NCBI GenBank assembly: GCA_030704615.1
Contig: CM060732.1
Coordinates: 77,128,001 to 77,192,000 of the forward strand
DNA from: Takakia lepidozioides
Lineage: Eukaryota; Plantae; Bryophyta
Reading direction: 5' to 3'
Length of the DNA: 64,000 bases
Positions 63,901 through 64,000 of this stretch are shown piece after piece (positions within the stretch are counted from its first letter, which is position 1; every line of letters starts with the position of its first letter). The translations under genes were made by a program, and so were the position numbers. Below the pieces are notes generated by a model. That model searched no databases. It worked only from the letters and a program-made list of their open reading frames with translations, and was not told where the DNA came from.

Positions 63901-64000
63901 GCGAGAGAGAAACAGGGAGGGAGTCCAGAGACAAACCTTTGCTTTTATGTCGTGAGAAATGGAAGATGGAAGGTGGTGGCAGAATATGCTTAATCTGTCT

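Overview
Eukaryotic, intron-containing land-plant DNA, probably a bryophyte-grade genome (inferred from gene and TE types). The right two-thirds holds ordinary host genes among degenerate TEs. The genes are an intronless SUT4-type sucrose transporter, a kinase-less double-ankyrin gene, a PPR relic, an SDR110C-like dehydrogenase and the 5' exons of FAD synthase. The TEs are two copies of one LINE family, a piggyBac transposase relic, a hAT element, Helitron-like repeats, tRNA-derived SINEs and a half-tRNA-primed Copia. The left ~25 kb is a rearranged composite mobile region. It contains (i) a spliced gene joining a ParB/Srx-like domain to a prokaryote-type beta-class amino-DNA-methyltransferase, (ii) two convergent, distinct MULE-type DDE transposases, and (iii) arrays of ~115-bp units, each carrying a conserved 36-bp palindrome. 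It also contains (iv) a Ty3/Gypsy-like retroelement encoding a C5-cytosine methyltransferase and a PHD finger. That element has split (circularly permuted) LTRs, B...A-B-A-B-A, opened at an internal GACA-GC-TGTC palindrome, with a self-priming PBS and a 4-bp CCTA target duplication. Its two halves lie on opposite strands, but their flanks rejoin into one transposase reading frame, which points to a large inversion or a mis-assembly. All calls come from motif recognition by eye; no database searches were run.
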